A stretch of 64,000 nucleotides of DNA from contig JAICSU010000001.1 in assembly GCA_025936735.1 (NCBI GenBank), positions 4,352 to 68,351 on the forward strand. The letters are read 5' to 3'. Below are positions 47,571 to 57,459 of this stretch, one piece after another. Source of the DNA: Amnibacterium sp. GTDB lineage: Bacteria > Actinomycetota > Actinomycetes > Actinomycetales > Microbacteriaceae. Below the pieces are notes generated by a model. The model was not told where the DNA came from and did no database searches. It saw nothing but the letters and a program-made list of their open reading frames with translations. Position 1 is the stretch's first letter; the number at the start of each line of letters is the position of its first letter. The translations under genes were made by a program, and so were the position numbers.

Positions 47571-48524
47571 CTACTTCTTCAGGTGCCAGAACTGGATGCG
47601 CAGGGGCGTCGGCCAGTTCTGAGCGAGCCACTGCGTGCTGCCCCCGTACTGCCGATTGTTCGTGTGCGCCGTGTAGTAGAGGTCGTGGTGCCCGTTCGCC
47701 ATCGTCACGACCTTCGAGACGACCGCGGTGTGCTGCCAGACGCCCGGGTACTTCTTGCTGTCCCAGTCGAACTGGACGATGTCGCCGACGACCACCTGAT
47801 CCCGGTCCGTCTGGTTGTACCCGAGATGGGTCGCGAGGTCCGTGCGTTTGTGCAGCCAGTTGCTCATCGCCGTGGACGACACCCACGTCGCGCTCGCCAT
47901 CGGCCGCTTCGATCGGGGATCGGCGCCCTTGTCGAACCACTGCGCCGACTGCTTCCAGCCGCGCGCGAGCAGGGTCTGACTCGTGAAGTCCACGCAGTCG
48001 TTGCCCGGTATGTACCCGAACCTGGCGCTGGAATAGAGGTTCCAGTGGCTGAAGGCGTAGGCCATCTGCTTGTCGACGCCACTGGTCGCGACATACCGGA
48101 AGGTGACCGCCGTCGGGACGACCGTTCCGTCGACCGAGACGAGCGAGATCGCGACCGTCCCCGGCTGGTAGTCGGGCGCGATGTCGAGAAGGAACGAGGC
48201 GGTGGAGTCGTCGAGCACCCGGAGGTCCGCAGCGGGCACGCCGGCGACGAGCACCTGGGCGAGCGCGGTGAAGCCGGATCCCTGGAGGTGGACCCATCGG
48301 TGGGTCGCGGAGTGGCCGGTCGTGTGGTCGAGCGCCGTCGCGGACGGCTCGACGGCCGGGGTGGGCGTGGAGGTCGGGGTCGGTGTGGGGGTCGGCGTCG
48401 GGGACGCGGTCGGGGCGCCCGTGGGGACTCCCCCGCCCGTGTCGGCCATCGCGGGTGCCGCGACGAGCCCGAAGGCGCCGACAGTCAGAGCGGCGGCGGC
48501 GAGGGCGATTCGGAAGGGATGCAT
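47571..48524 (-). CDS. Secreted Amidase_6-type domain protein (paralogue of 8305)
   Basis: Signal peptide, PT linker, Ig-like domain, NDCVDFTSQ, GDIVQFDW, QHTAVV, AHTNN. Confidence 0.82.
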   Translation of the reverse strand: MHPFRIALAAAALTVGAFGLVAAPAMADTGGGVPTGAPTASPTPTPTPTPTSTPTPAVEPSATALDHTTGHSATHRWVHLQGSGFTALAQVLVAGVPAADLRVLDDSTASFLLDIAPDYQPGTVAISLVSVDGTVVPTAVTFRYVATSGVDKQMAYAFSHWNLYSSARFGYIPGNDCVDFTSQTLLARGWKQSAQWFDKGADPRSKRPMASATWVSSTAMSNWLHKRTDLATHLGYNQTDRDQVVVGDIVQFDWDSKKYPGVWQHTAVVSKVVTMANGHHDLYYTAHTNNRQYGGSTQWLAQNWPTPLRIQFWHLKK

Positions 48525-48697
48525 GGTGGCGGTACGTCGATCCGTGTGGTGGAAGAAGGCAGAGGGAGTCCGCAGCGAACCGTGACCGGTTCAGGTGAAA
48601 CGCGCGGATAGGATGCGGTTCCCGGGCCCCCGGTCGAACGTACTTGCGGGTCCGCATGCTGGGGCTCCCCAGTGAGAGGCACGTCCGGACCCGGGAA

Positions 48698-49945
48698 GTG
48701 GGGGCACAGACGGTGGAATCACCGGTGATCCGTCCCCTCGCGCAGCACGGGAGACTTCCGAATCCGAGTCCGATCGCGGCCGTGCTCCGATTCCTCGCGA
48801 TCGCGCTCTGCGTCGTGCTCGTGTCGGCCGTATCGGTCGGCGCGATCGCCTTCGCCCGGGTCGCGGGGGAGCTGAACGCCAACAAGGTCGACATCGGCAC
48901 GGGCGGCGGCTCCGTCCCGACGATCCGCGCCTATTCCGGTGCGGTGAACCTGCTCCTCGTCGGCAGCGATACCCGGAACGGCCAGAAGGGCCATTACGGG
49001 GAGAACCCCGGCAGCACCTTGAACGACGTGAACATCCTGATCCACGTGAGCGACGACCATTCGAAAGCCACCGTGATGAGCTTTCCCCGGGATCTCTACG
49101 TGGACGTGCCGGCGTGCCCCGACCCCAGCCATCCGGGGCAGCGGCTCGCGCCCGAGACGGACGTGAAGATCAACTCGACGCTCGAGTACGGCGGCGTCGG
49201 CTGCGTGCGGGACACGATCGCCGCGCTCACCGGGATCTCGATCCCGTACGCCGCCCTCATCACCTTCGACGGCGTCGTGGAGATGTCGAACGCCGTCGGC
49301 GGCGTGCAGGTCTGCGTGGCCAAGGCCATCAACGACGACTACACCCAGCTGCACCTCTCGGCCGGCATCCACACGTTGCAGGGGCCGACGGCGCTGAAGT
49401 TCCTCCGGACGCGGCACGGGGTCGGGGACGGCAGCGACCTCACGCGGATCAGCTCGCAGCAGGTGTTCCTGTCGGCGCTCGTCCGCAAGATCAAGAGCAA
49501 CTCGACGCTCAGCGACGTCACCAAGCTCTACGGGCTCGCGAAGGCGGCGGCGAACAGCATGGTGCTCTCGTCGACCCTCGCGAACCTCGACACGATGGTG
49601 TCGATCGCCCGGGCCGTCGCGCCGATCTCCCTCGACCGGTTCGTGCTGGTGCAGTACCCGACGGTGGTGTCCGGGGACGGGCTCACGCCGAACACATCCG
49701 CGGCGAAGGCGCTCATCGACGCGGTGAAGGGGGACAAGACCCTGCGGCTCAGCGCCAAGCAGAAGGGCGCGACGGACGGCCAGGGCTCGATCGTGAAGGG
49801 TGGGCCCACGGCTTCGCCGGCCCCGACGCCCAGCCCCTCCGCGACCTCATCCTCGGGGGACACGGTGGACCTGCCGGACACGGTGGTCGGGCAGACGGCG
49901 GCGCAGCAGACCTGCTCCGTCGGCAACGACCTCGGCAGGCGGTAG
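48698..49945 (+). CDS. LytR-CpsA-Psr (LCP) family protein
   Basis: LLVGSDTR, MSFPRD, KINS, FLRTRHGVGDGSDLTRISSQQ; start uncertain (48644-48726). Confidence 0.9.
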   Translation: MGAQTVESPVIRPLAQHGRLPNPSPIAAVLRFLAIALCVVLVSAVSVGAIAFARVAGELNANKVDIGTGGGSVPTIRAYSGAVNLLLVGSDTRNGQKGHYGENPGSTLNDVNILIHVSDDHSKATVMSFPRDLYVDVPACPDPSHPGQRLAPETDVKINSTLEYGGVGCVRDTIAALTGISIPYAALITFDGVVEMSNAVGGVQVCVAKAINDDYTQLHLSAGIHTLQGPTALKFLRTRHGVGDGSDLTRISSQQVFLSALVRKIKSNSTLSDVTKLYGLAKAAANSMVLSSTLANLDTMVSIARAVAPISLDRFVLVQYPTVVSGDGLTPNTSAAKALIDAVKGDKTLRLSAKQKGATDGQGSIVKGGPTASPAPTPSPSATSSSGDTVDLPDTVVGQTAAQQTCSVGNDLGRR

Positions 49946-51559
49946 GTCGACGGCGTCCGGCTCCCCGGCCCCGGCTTCCCCGGGGCGCCTGCCGCCCGGC
50001 CCGAGCGAGAGGGACGCGCCCAGCCCGAGCGCGAGGAACCCGGTGGCCGCGAAGGCGGAGTAGGCGGTGCCGGCGGAGAAGGCCTGCTTCGCGTCCGCCG
50101 CGGCCGAGTGGGTGCGCGGGTCGGCCGACAACCCGGCGATGGCGCCTCCCGAGCTGTTCACCACCGCGTCGACGAGCGGGGCGCTCACGGCGGCGGGCAG
50201 CCCCCGGGCGTCGAGCGCGCCCTGCAGCGTGAGCTGTGCTCCCGTGTACAGCACCGTGCCGAGCAGAGCCACGCCGAGGGCGGAGCCGATCTGACGCGCC
50301 GTGCTCGTGATGCCCGAGCCCTCGCCCGAGAGTCGCACGGGTACGTCCACGAGCACGACCGAGGTGAGCTGGGCGGTCGCGAGACCCACCCCGAAGCCGT
50401 AGACGAAGAGGCAGGGCACGAGCCAGCCCCACCCCGTGTCGGGTTTCACCACGAGCCCGGCGACGCCGACGCCGACGATCTCGGCCGCGAGCCCGATCCG
50501 GACGACGGTGACGGCGCGCAGGCGGGTGCCCACCGTCGCGGCCAGGCCGCTCGCGGCGAAGGAGCCGACCGCGAGTGCGAGCAGCACGAGCCCGGTCTGC
50601 AGCGCCGTGAGGCCCTGCACGTTCTGAAGCCAGATCGGCAGGGACAGGATGATGCCGAACTCGCCGAGGCTCACGACCATCGCGACGAGGTTGCCGTTGC
50701 GGAAGCTGCTGATGCGCAGCAGCCCGAAGTCGACGAGGTTGGGTCGCCCGGTGCGCATCCGCCGGATCCCGCGCGAGACGAACGCGGTGAGCGCGGCCAC
50801 CGCGACGGCGAAGGCCACCGGGATGGGGGAGAGGCCCGTCGGCCACGACCAGGAGCCGACCTCGAGCCGCGTGCCCGTCGTCGTCCACCAGCCGTACTGG
50901 CGGCCCTCGATGAGACCGAACGCGAGGGAGGCGAACCCGACCGCGACGGTGAGGGCGCCGAGCCAGTCGATCCGCCCGGCGCGCTCGGCCCGTGACTCCG
51001 GCACGAAGAGCAGGGCCCCGAGGATGATCGCCGCCCCGATGGGCAGGTTGATGCCGAACGCCCACCGCCAGGAGAACGCGGTGGTCAGCCAGCCGCCGAG
51101 CAGCGGGCCGACGGCGGCCATGCCGCCGATCGTGGAACCCCAGACTGCGAAGGCGATGCCGCGCTCGCGGCCGGTGAACGTCGCGTTGATCAGGGAGAGG
51201 CTCGTCGGCAGGATCATGGCGCCGCCGAGGCCTTGCACCACTCGGGTGAGGATCAGCAGGGGACCGGTGCCGGCGAAGGCCGCGACGACGGAGGCGATCC
51301 CGAAGAGCACGGTGCCGCAGACGAGGAGACGGCGCCGACCGAGCCGGTCGGCGAGGACGCCGAAGACGAGCAGGGTCGCTGCGAAGACCAGGGTGTAGGA
51401 CTCCTGCACCCACTGGACCTCGGTGGAGCCGAGAGCGAGGTCGCGCACGATGTACGGCACCGCGACGTTGACGATGGTCGAGTCCACGACGATCAGAGCG
51501 ACGCCCAAGCTGATCGCCACGAGCCCCAGCCAGCGGCCCCGCTTCAAACGAGAACTCAC
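49847..51559 (-). CDS. DHA2-family MFS efflux transporter
   Basis: VVDSTIVNVA, LADRLGRR, VGPLLGG, WRWAFGINLP. Confidence 0.9.
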   Translation of the reverse strand: MSSRLKRGRWLGLVAISLGVALIVVDSTIVNVAVPYIVRDLALGSTEVQWVQESYTLVFAATLLVFGVLADRLGRRRLLVCGTVLFGIASVVAAFAGTGPLLILTRVVQGLGGAMILPTSLSLINATFTGRERGIAFAVWGSTIGGMAAVGPLLGGWLTTAFSWRWAFGINLPIGAAIILGALLFVPESRAERAGRIDWLGALTVAVGFASLAFGLIEGRQYGWWTTTGTRLEVGSWSWPTGLSPIPVAFAVAVAALTAFVSRGIRRMRTGRPNLVDFGLLRISSFRNGNLVAMVVSLGEFGIILSLPIWLQNVQGLTALQTGLVLLALAVGSFAASGLAATVGTRLRAVTVVRIGLAAEIVGVGVAGLVVKPDTGWGWLVPCLFVYGFGVGLATAQLTSVVLVDVPVRLSGEGSGITSTARQIGSALGVALLGTVLYTGAQLTLQGALDARGLPAAVSAPLVDAVVNSSGGAIAGLSADPRTHSAAADAKQAFSAGTAYSAFAATGFLALGLGASLSLGPGGRRPGEAGAGEPDAVDLPPAEVVADGAGLLRRRLPDHRVRQVHRVPRG

Positions 51560-51580
51560 GACACTCCCTTCGGGCGCCGA

Positions 51581-51601
51581 ACTATTCGTTCACCGAACTG
51601 T
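51581..51601. promoter_or_regulatory. Putative MarR operator
   Basis: ACTATTCG-TTCAC-CGAACTGT imperfect palindrome between divergent MFS and marR. Confidence 0.45.
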
Positions 51602-51622
51602 ACTCCTTCTACACTGGGCACC

Positions 51623-52096
51623 ATGGCCGACGAGCCGTCCCGTTCCGCGCGCCGTTCGAGCGAGCCGGAGACGGCCGCGCTGCGCGAGCTGCAGGTGGCC
51701 ATGGACGAGGCTCAGCTGGCGCTCGGCCGGCGGATGCGCATGAACCCCTCCGACTTGAACGCGATGGGCCATGTCGCCGGCTCGACCGAGCCGCTCGGTC
51801 CCACCGACCTGGCCGGGCGGCTCGGCATGAGCCCCGCCGCGACGACTGAGCTGGTCGATCGGCTGGAGCGGGCGGGCCACCTGGTCCGGGAGCGCGACCT
51901 CGTCGACCGGCGCCGGGTGCGGCTCGTGCCCTCGGTCTCCGCTCGCACGGCGGTGCTCGGGCGGCTCGGTCCCCTGCTCGATGACCTCGACGCGCTCGCG
52001 ACCGACCTCAGCGACGACGAGCGCGACGTCGTGCGGCGCTACCTCGAGCGGGCGACCGCGGCCTACCGCGACTACGCGGCTCGCGACGAGGAGTAG
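51623..52096 (+). CDS. MarR-family regulator
   Basis: GPTDLAGRLGMSPAATTELVDRLERAG, DRRRVRL; leaderless TACACT. Confidence 0.9.
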   Translation: MADEPSRSARRSSEPETAALRELQVAMDEAQLALGRRMRMNPSDLNAMGHVAGSTEPLGPTDLAGRLGMSPAATTELVDRLERAGHLVRERDLVDRRRVRLVPSVSARTAVLGRLGPLLDDLDALATDLSDDERDVVRRYLERATAAYRDYAARDEE

Positions 52097-52116
52097 GGCA
52101 GGACGGCCGCTGGCCC

Positions 52117-53934
52117 TCAGCGGCCTCCGGTGGGCAGGCGCTGGGTCGAGGCCCCGCCCGACTGCTCGGCCTCGCCGATCGCGTCGGCCGTGCGGATGAG
52201 GGCGAGGTGCGACAGCGCCTGCGGGGTGTTGCCCGCCTGCCGCTGCGCCTGGGTGTCGTACTCCTCGCTCAGCAGCCCGAGGTCGGAGGCGGCGTCGAGC
52301 AGCCGGCTCATCAGTCGTTTCGCGTCGTCGAGACGGCCGGACCGGGCGTACTGCTCGGCCAGCCAGAAGCCGCAGGCGAGGAACGGGTTCTCGCCGGGCG
52401 GCAGGCCGTCCGCCGACTCCGCCGTGCGGTAGCGCAGCGGAAGGCCGTCCTGCATCAGGTCGTGCTCGATCGCCGCCACCGTGCCGAGCATCCGTGGGTC
52501 GTCGGGCGCGCAGTACCCCACCTGGGGCAGCAGCAGCAGCGAGGCGTCGGTCTCGTCGGAGCCGAAGTACTGCGTGTAGGTGTTGCGCGCCACGTCGAAG
52601 CCGTGCCGCTCGATGTCGGCGCGCACCTCGTCGCGGATGCGCTCCCACCGGTCGGCCGGCCCGTCGAGCCCGTGGTCGCGCACGCCGCGGACCGCGCTGT
52701 CGAGCGCGGCCCAGATCATCGCGCGCCCCTGCGTGTAGAACTGCGCGGGGCCGCGCGCCTCCCACAGGCCCTGGTCCTTCTTGCCGAGATGGGCCTCGAG
52801 GAAGTTCATGAGCGCGCGCTGCAGGGACCACGACAGCGAGGTGTCCTCGATGCCGGCGGACCTCGCCTCCTCCAGGGCGACCATCACCTCTCCGATGACG
52901 TCCGCCTGGTACTGCAGGGAGGCGGCGTTGCCGACCCGCACCGGGCTCGAGCCCTCGTATCCCGGCAGGCTGTCGAGGACGAACTCGTTCAGCCGCCGCT
53001 CGCCCGCGATCCCGTACATGATCTGCAGGTCCTGCGGGTCGCCCGCGATCGCGCGGAGCAGCCAGTGCCGCCAATGGTCCACGACGTCGCGGTAACCGTG
53101 CCGCACGAGCACCGAGATCGTCAGGGACGCGTCACGCAGCCACACGTACCGGTAGTCCCAGTTGCGTGGGCCCCCGAACTGCTCCGGCAGGGAGGTCGTC
53201 GCGGCCGCGGCGATGCCCCCGGTCTCCGCGTGCGTCAGTGCCCGCAGCACGAGGAGGCTCCGGTGCACCGCCTCCGGATAGGGGCCCTGGTAGGTGTTCC
53301 GATCCGTCCACTCGGTCCACCACTTCCGCGTGCGGCGCATCGTGCGGTCGAAGTCGGGTGGTGGCGGCGTCGGCTTGTGGGAGGGGTACCAGGTCAGGCT
53401 GAGGTCGATGGTCTGGCCGGCCTTCACCGTGAACTCGGCGACGTGCTTCGTGCCCTCGGCGTGCAGCTCCGGACCCCGGATGACCACCGAGTCCGGCCCG
53501 GCGGTGGCGACGATCGTGGGCGGGTTCGCCTTGCGGTCCTTCGTCACCCACGGCACGGCCTGGCCGTACTCGAACCTGAGGCGCAGCTCCTCGCGCATGA
53601 GCGCCGTGCCGCGGATGCCCCGCACGCGCCGGAGGAGGTTCGCCTCGCCGTCGTTGCGTGGCATGAAGTCGATTACCTCGACCTCGGAGTCACCGAGGTC
53701 CCAGCGGGTGATGAGGGAGAAGTCGTTCTCCCCGTAGCGGCGATGCGCCGTCGCGCCGACCGCTTCCGGCGCCAGGATCCAGCGCCCGTCGTCCTCGTCA
53801 CCGAGCAGGGCGCCGAACATCGACTCCGAGTCGTAGCGCGGGAAGCAGAGCCAGTCGACGCTGCCGTCGGGCCCGATGAGGGCACCTGTGAAGCAGTCGC
53901 TGATGAAGGCGTAGTCCTCGATCCGGGCGGGCAT
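52117..53934 (-). CDS. Glycoside hydrolase family 15 (trehalase/glucoamylase-like)
   Basis: IEDYAFISDC, AAATTSLPE..GG.RNWDYRYVWLRD, GLLSEE, GNTPQALSH. Confidence 0.93.
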   Translation of the reverse strand: MPARIEDYAFISDCFTGALIGPDGSVDWLCFPRYDSESMFGALLGDEDDGRWILAPEAVGATAHRRYGENDFSLITRWDLGDSEVEVIDFMPRNDGEANLLRRVRGIRGTALMREELRLRFEYGQAVPWVTKDRKANPPTIVATAGPDSVVIRGPELHAEGTKHVAEFTVKAGQTIDLSLTWYPSHKPTPPPPDFDRTMRRTRKWWTEWTDRNTYQGPYPEAVHRSLLVLRALTHAETGGIAAAATTSLPEQFGGPRNWDYRYVWLRDASLTISVLVRHGYRDVVDHWRHWLLRAIAGDPQDLQIMYGIAGERRLNEFVLDSLPGYEGSSPVRVGNAASLQYQADVIGEVMVALEEARSAGIEDTSLSWSLQRALMNFLEAHLGKKDQGLWEARGPAQFYTQGRAMIWAALDSAVRGVRDHGLDGPADRWERIRDEVRADIERHGFDVARNTYTQYFGSDETDASLLLLPQVGYCAPDDPRMLGTVAAIEHDLMQDGLPLRYRTAESADGLPPGENPFLACGFWLAEQYARSGRLDDAKRLMSRLLDAASDLGLLSEEYDTQAQRQAGNTPQALSHLALIRTADAIGEAEQSGGASTQRLPTGGR

Positions 53935-54107
53935 GTTCGTCAGTCTCTTCCCACGCCACGCGGCGTCCTTGTGTGTTCCATGCGAACGAGGCCCGAGGAA
54001 GCCGGGACGGGCCACCCTGAGCCCGGACTCGTCGTTGAGCCCGGTCACGGGTTGAACGTGCACACTAGCAACAGTTGTATGGAAGCAGACGAAAAGAGGA
54101 GGAACTC

Positions 54108-55109
54108 ATGGGCAAGGGCGTCGCTGTCGTGACCGGGGGGACCGCGGGCCTCGGCCGGGCCATCGTTCGGGAGCTCGCGGCGCGGGACTGGGATGTCGCC
54201 ATCCTGGCCCGCGGCGAGGACGGGCTCGAGGGGGCCGCGGCGGACGTGCGGGCGACCGGCAACCGCGCGCTCGGCGTGCCCACGGACGTGGCCGATCGGG
54301 CCGCTGTGGAGGCAGCCGCCGACCGCGTCGAGGCCGAGCTGGGGCCCATCGACGTCTGGATCAACGACGCCATGGTCGGGGTGTTCGGCGAGTTCACCTC
54401 GACCGAACCCGAGGACTTCGATCGGGCGGTGCACGTGAACTTCTTCGGCTTCGTGAACGGGACCAGAGCGGCACTGCATCGGATGCAGCCCCGGGGGCGC
54501 GGGAACATCGTCCAGGTCGGATCCGCGCTGGCGCACCGGGGCATCCCGCTCCAGTCGGCCTACTGCTCGTCGAAGCACGCGATCAAGGGGTTCACCGACA
54601 GCCTCATCACGGAGCTGCGGCACAACCACTCGCCCATCACCGTGTGCGAGGTCGACATGCCGGCGATGAACACGATCCAGTTCGACTGGGTGAAGTCGCA
54701 GCTGCCGCACCACCCGCAGCCGGTGCCGCCGATCTTCCAGCCGGAGATCTGCGCGAAGGTCGTCGTCGACACCGCCGAGAAGCCGCGGCGCCGGGTCTGG
54801 GTCGGCGGTCCGACGGTGTTCACGATCATCGGGAACCGGCTCTCGTCCCGCTTCGCCGACTGGTACCTCGCGCGCACCGGCTACAAGGGGCAGCAGGCGC
54901 CCGACCTGCACCAGCCGATGATCGGCCCGAACCTCTACGAGGCGGTGCCCGGCGACCACGGCGCCCACGGCGCGTTCGACGACCGCTCCATGACGCTGAC
55001 GCCGCAGACCTGGGCGATCCGGCATCGTCCGATCACCTACACCGCCCTCGCCGCCACGGCGGGAGGCCTGCTGGCCGCCACGGTCGCGGTCGTCCGCAAG
55101 GTCGCCTGA
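54108..55109 (+). CDS. Short-chain dehydrogenase/reductase
   Basis: TGGTAGLG, AYCSSKH YxxxK; GAGGAGG RBS. Confidence 0.9.
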   Translation: MGKGVAVVTGGTAGLGRAIVRELAARDWDVAILARGEDGLEGAAADVRATGNRALGVPTDVADRAAVEAAADRVEAELGPIDVWINDAMVGVFGEFTSTEPEDFDRAVHVNFFGFVNGTRAALHRMQPRGRGNIVQVGSALAHRGIPLQSAYCSSKHAIKGFTDSLITELRHNHSPITVCEVDMPAMNTIQFDWVKSQLPHHPQPVPPIFQPEICAKVVVDTAEKPRRRVWVGGPTVFTIIGNRLSSRFADWYLARTGYKGQQAPDLHQPMIGPNLYEAVPGDHGAHGAFDDRSMTLTPQTWAIRHRPITYTALAATAGGLLAATVAVVRKVA

Positions 55110-55122
55110 CCCGCCCACCCGC

Positions 55123-55207
55123 AGCACCTCAGCAGGACGTTTTCACCCCAGCAGGACGAAACCCGTCGGATCGTCCTGCTGAAGCGAATTCGTCCTGCTG
55201 AGGTGCT
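55123..55207. repeat. Nested palindromic CAGCAGGAC-family repeat, copy 3
   Basis: Perfect 17-bp outer IR AGCACCTCAGCAGGACG/CGTCCTGCTGAGGTGCT plus inner CAGCAGGACGA/TCGTCCTGCTG. Confidence 0.85.
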
Positions 55208-55232
55208 CGCGGGGAGGGGCGTGCTTCCGGGG

Positions 55233-56330
55233 TCAGCCCGTGACGCCGCCGAGCAGCAGGCCGAGCAGGTAGGTGACCGCCGCCGCGCCGTAGCCGATGA
55301 GCAGCTGGCGCAGGCCGCGGCCGAGCGGGGAGGCGCCGGAGAGCAGGCCGACCACGGCCCCCGTCGCGAGCAGCGTGATCCCGACGAGCCCGGCGGACAC
55401 CAGCACGGCCGCGAGGCCCTGCAGACCGACCAGGTAGGGGAGCACCGGGACGGCCGCCCCGGAGGCGAAGAAGCAGAAGCTCGAGACGGCGGCGCCGAGG
55501 CCGGTGCCCACCGCTTCGTGCGCGTCGACGTCCGCTTCGACCCGCGGTCCGCTCGAGACGCTGCGGCGACCCGCGAGCACCTCCACGGCGTGCGCCTCCG
55601 CCTCCTCCGGGCTCATCCCCCTCGACCGGTAGAGCAGGGCGAGCTCGTTCTCGTTCACGTCGAGCTCCGGCACGATCGTGTTCGCCTGAGGGCTCGGAGT
55701 CGACGCCGCGAGCAGCTCGCGCTGCGAGCGCACGGACACGTACTCGCCGGCCCCCATCGACAGCGCGCCGGCGAGCAGACCGGCGAGGCCCGTCAGCAGG
55801 ATCACGTGGGTCGGCACCCCGCTCGCCCCGACGCCGAGGATCAGCGACAGGTTGCTGACGAGGCCGTCGTTGGCTCCGAACACGGCGGCGCGGAAGCTGC
55901 CGGACAGGCGGTTCCGGCCCCGAGTCGCGAGCGATCGGACCACCTCCTCGTGGAGGCGCTCGTCCGCGGCCATGGTCGAGGTGGCGTCCGGATCGTCCGC
56001 GTAGGGGGAGCGACCCTCCGCCCGTTGCGCCAGCGCGAGCACGAAGACCGAGCCGAAGCGGCGGGCGAGCAGGCCGAGCAGCCGGGTCCTCAGGTCCCCG
56101 CGGAGCGGGCGCCCGGCATGGACGCCGAGCAGGGCCAGCCAGTGCGCTTCGTGGCGGCCCTCCGCCTCGGCGAGGCCGAGCAGGATCTCCCGCTCCTCTC
56201 CGCTGCGGCGCCGAGCGAGGTCGCGGTAGACGGACGCCTCCGCCCGCTCGTCGGCGAGGTGCCGCCGCCAGCGCCGGATGTCCGCGGGCGACGCCGCGGC
56301 CCGTTCGTCGGCCTCGGGGGATGAGGGCAT
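55233..56330 (-). CDS. VIT1/CCC1-family Fe/Mn transporter with N-terminal ferritin-like domain
   Basis: FRAAVFGANDGLVSN, ALSMGAGEYVSVRSQ; N-terminal DERAE/EAEGRH/DERLH; GGAGG RBS. Confidence 0.9.
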   Translation of the reverse strand: MPSSPEADERAAASPADIRRWRRHLADERAEASVYRDLARRRSGEEREILLGLAEAEGRHEAHWLALLGVHAGRPLRGDLRTRLLGLLARRFGSVFVLALAQRAEGRSPYADDPDATSTMAADERLHEEVVRSLATRGRNRLSGSFRAAVFGANDGLVSNLSLILGVGASGVPTHVILLTGLAGLLAGALSMGAGEYVSVRSQRELLAASTPSPQANTIVPELDVNENELALLYRSRGMSPEEAEAHAVEVLAGRRSVSSGPRVEADVDAHEAVGTGLGAAVSSFCFFASGAAVPVLPYLVGLQGLAAVLVSAGLVGITLLATGAVVGLLSGASPLGRGLRQLLIGYGAAAVTYLLGLLLGGVTG

Positions 56331-56388
56331 GGTCGAGCCTCCGGTCGAGTCGGTCGCGCATCCGTGAACGGCCGGATGTCGGCGGTCT

Positions 56389-56502
56389 GGCCGAAGGTCT
56401 CGCTCGCCCACGTCGGGTAGCGCGCCGGGCCCACCCGGGCCGGTATGTCGACGCGCCGCCGCGGGACCGAAGACGGCACCGCGGGAGCTACTCCCCTTCG
56501 CC
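56389..56502 (-). ncRNA. yybP-ykoY manganese-sensing riboswitch
   Basis: GGCGAAGGGGAGTAGC ... GTCGACATACCGG..CCGG ... GCGAGACCTTCGGCC match the family consensus as recalled; -10 TACCCT at 56512-56507. Confidence 0.85.
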
Positions 56503-56651
56503 GTCCAGGGTAGCGGCGGCCGTCCGGCCCGTGTGCCCCGTTCTGGGGGGACGTCCTCGCGTACCCCCGGCGCCCGTCCGTTCGATTACGGGTGCAGAGG
56601 CGTGGGGACGCCTTCACCACCACCTATGGACATCCATCAGAGGGGATCCTG

Positions 56652-57359
56652 ATGTCACTCTTCACCACACTCGTCGGCGGCAAGCTGCTGATCGGCGCGC
56701 TGGCGGTCGGCTCCGTCGCCGTCGGCGGCACCGCGGCCGCGGCGGCGACCGGCGAGCTGCCGGCCGCGCTCCAGCAGCAGGCCCACACCGTCTTCGGCGC
56801 CCCGGCGCCGACCGTCGAGGCGTCGACCGACGCCCAGCCGGACGCCACGGAGACGGACGCGCCGGACGCCACGGAGACGGACGCGCCGGAGACGGCCGAG
56901 ACCGACGCGCCGGAAGCGACCGACACCGAGTCGCCGGAGGTCACCGACACGCAGTCGCCCGACGCGACGACCCCGTCGACCGCGACGATTGCCGCGGCCG
57001 TCCCCGCGGCTGCGCACGGCCTCTGCACCGCCTGGTCCAAGGGTGGGCTGGCGACCACCTCCGTCGCCTACACGACGCTGGTGACCGCGGCCGGCGGATC
57101 CGCCACCGACATCAGCGCCTGGTGCCTCCCGCACCTCGTGGCGCCCGGGCACGCGAAGCAGGCGTCCCAGCCGACCGAGGACAGCGCCGACGCCACCGCG
57201 TCGACCGACACGGCCTCCACCGACGGCCAGGAGAGCCACACCGGGCGCGGCCACGACGGCGCCTCCAGCGACGACCAGCAGGGCGACGATTCGACCTCCG
57301 GCCACGGCGGTTCGAGCAGCCACGGCCACGGCGGCGACTCGCACGGTTCGGACCACTGA
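56652..57359 (+). CDS. Secreted/anchored low-complexity protein with 8-aa repeats, Cys pair and His/Asp tail
   Basis: Hydrophobic N-terminus, (PDATETDA)n, HGLCTAW..ISAWC, HGHGGDSHGSDH; AGAGGGG RBS. Confidence 0.75.
   Translation: MSLFTTLVGGKLLIGALAVGSVAVGGTAAAAATGELPAALQQQAHTVFGAPAPTVEASTDAQPDATETDAPDATETDAPETAETDAPEATDTESPEVTDTQSPDATTPSTATIAAAVPAAAHGLCTAWSKGGLATTSVAYTTLVTAAGGSATDISAWCLPHLVAPGHAKQASQPTEDSADATASTDTASTDGQESHTGRGHDGASSDDQQGDDSTSGHGGSSSHGHGGDSHGSDH
56837..56968 (+). repeat. 24-bp coding tandem repeat, about 5.5 units
   Basis: GCCGGACGCCACGGAGACGGACGC twice identical, then degenerating copies. Confidence 0.8.
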
Positions 57360-57459
57360 TCACGGTCGGCCGCTCGCGCGTCGAGCGGCCGACCAGCACG
57401 ATCCCGCGGAGCGTCGCCCGACCAGGCGCACGCTCCGCGGTTATCGTCCCGGCCTGGAG

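Noticed and set aside
55123-55207. CAGCAGGAC repeats as a mini-CRISPR
   Set aside because: Units are short and inverted, there is no array of direct repeats with 30-40-bp spacers, and no cas genes
56837-56968. 24-bp tandem repeat as a non-coding array
   Set aside because: In frame within a CDS, encoding PDATETDA-type linker units
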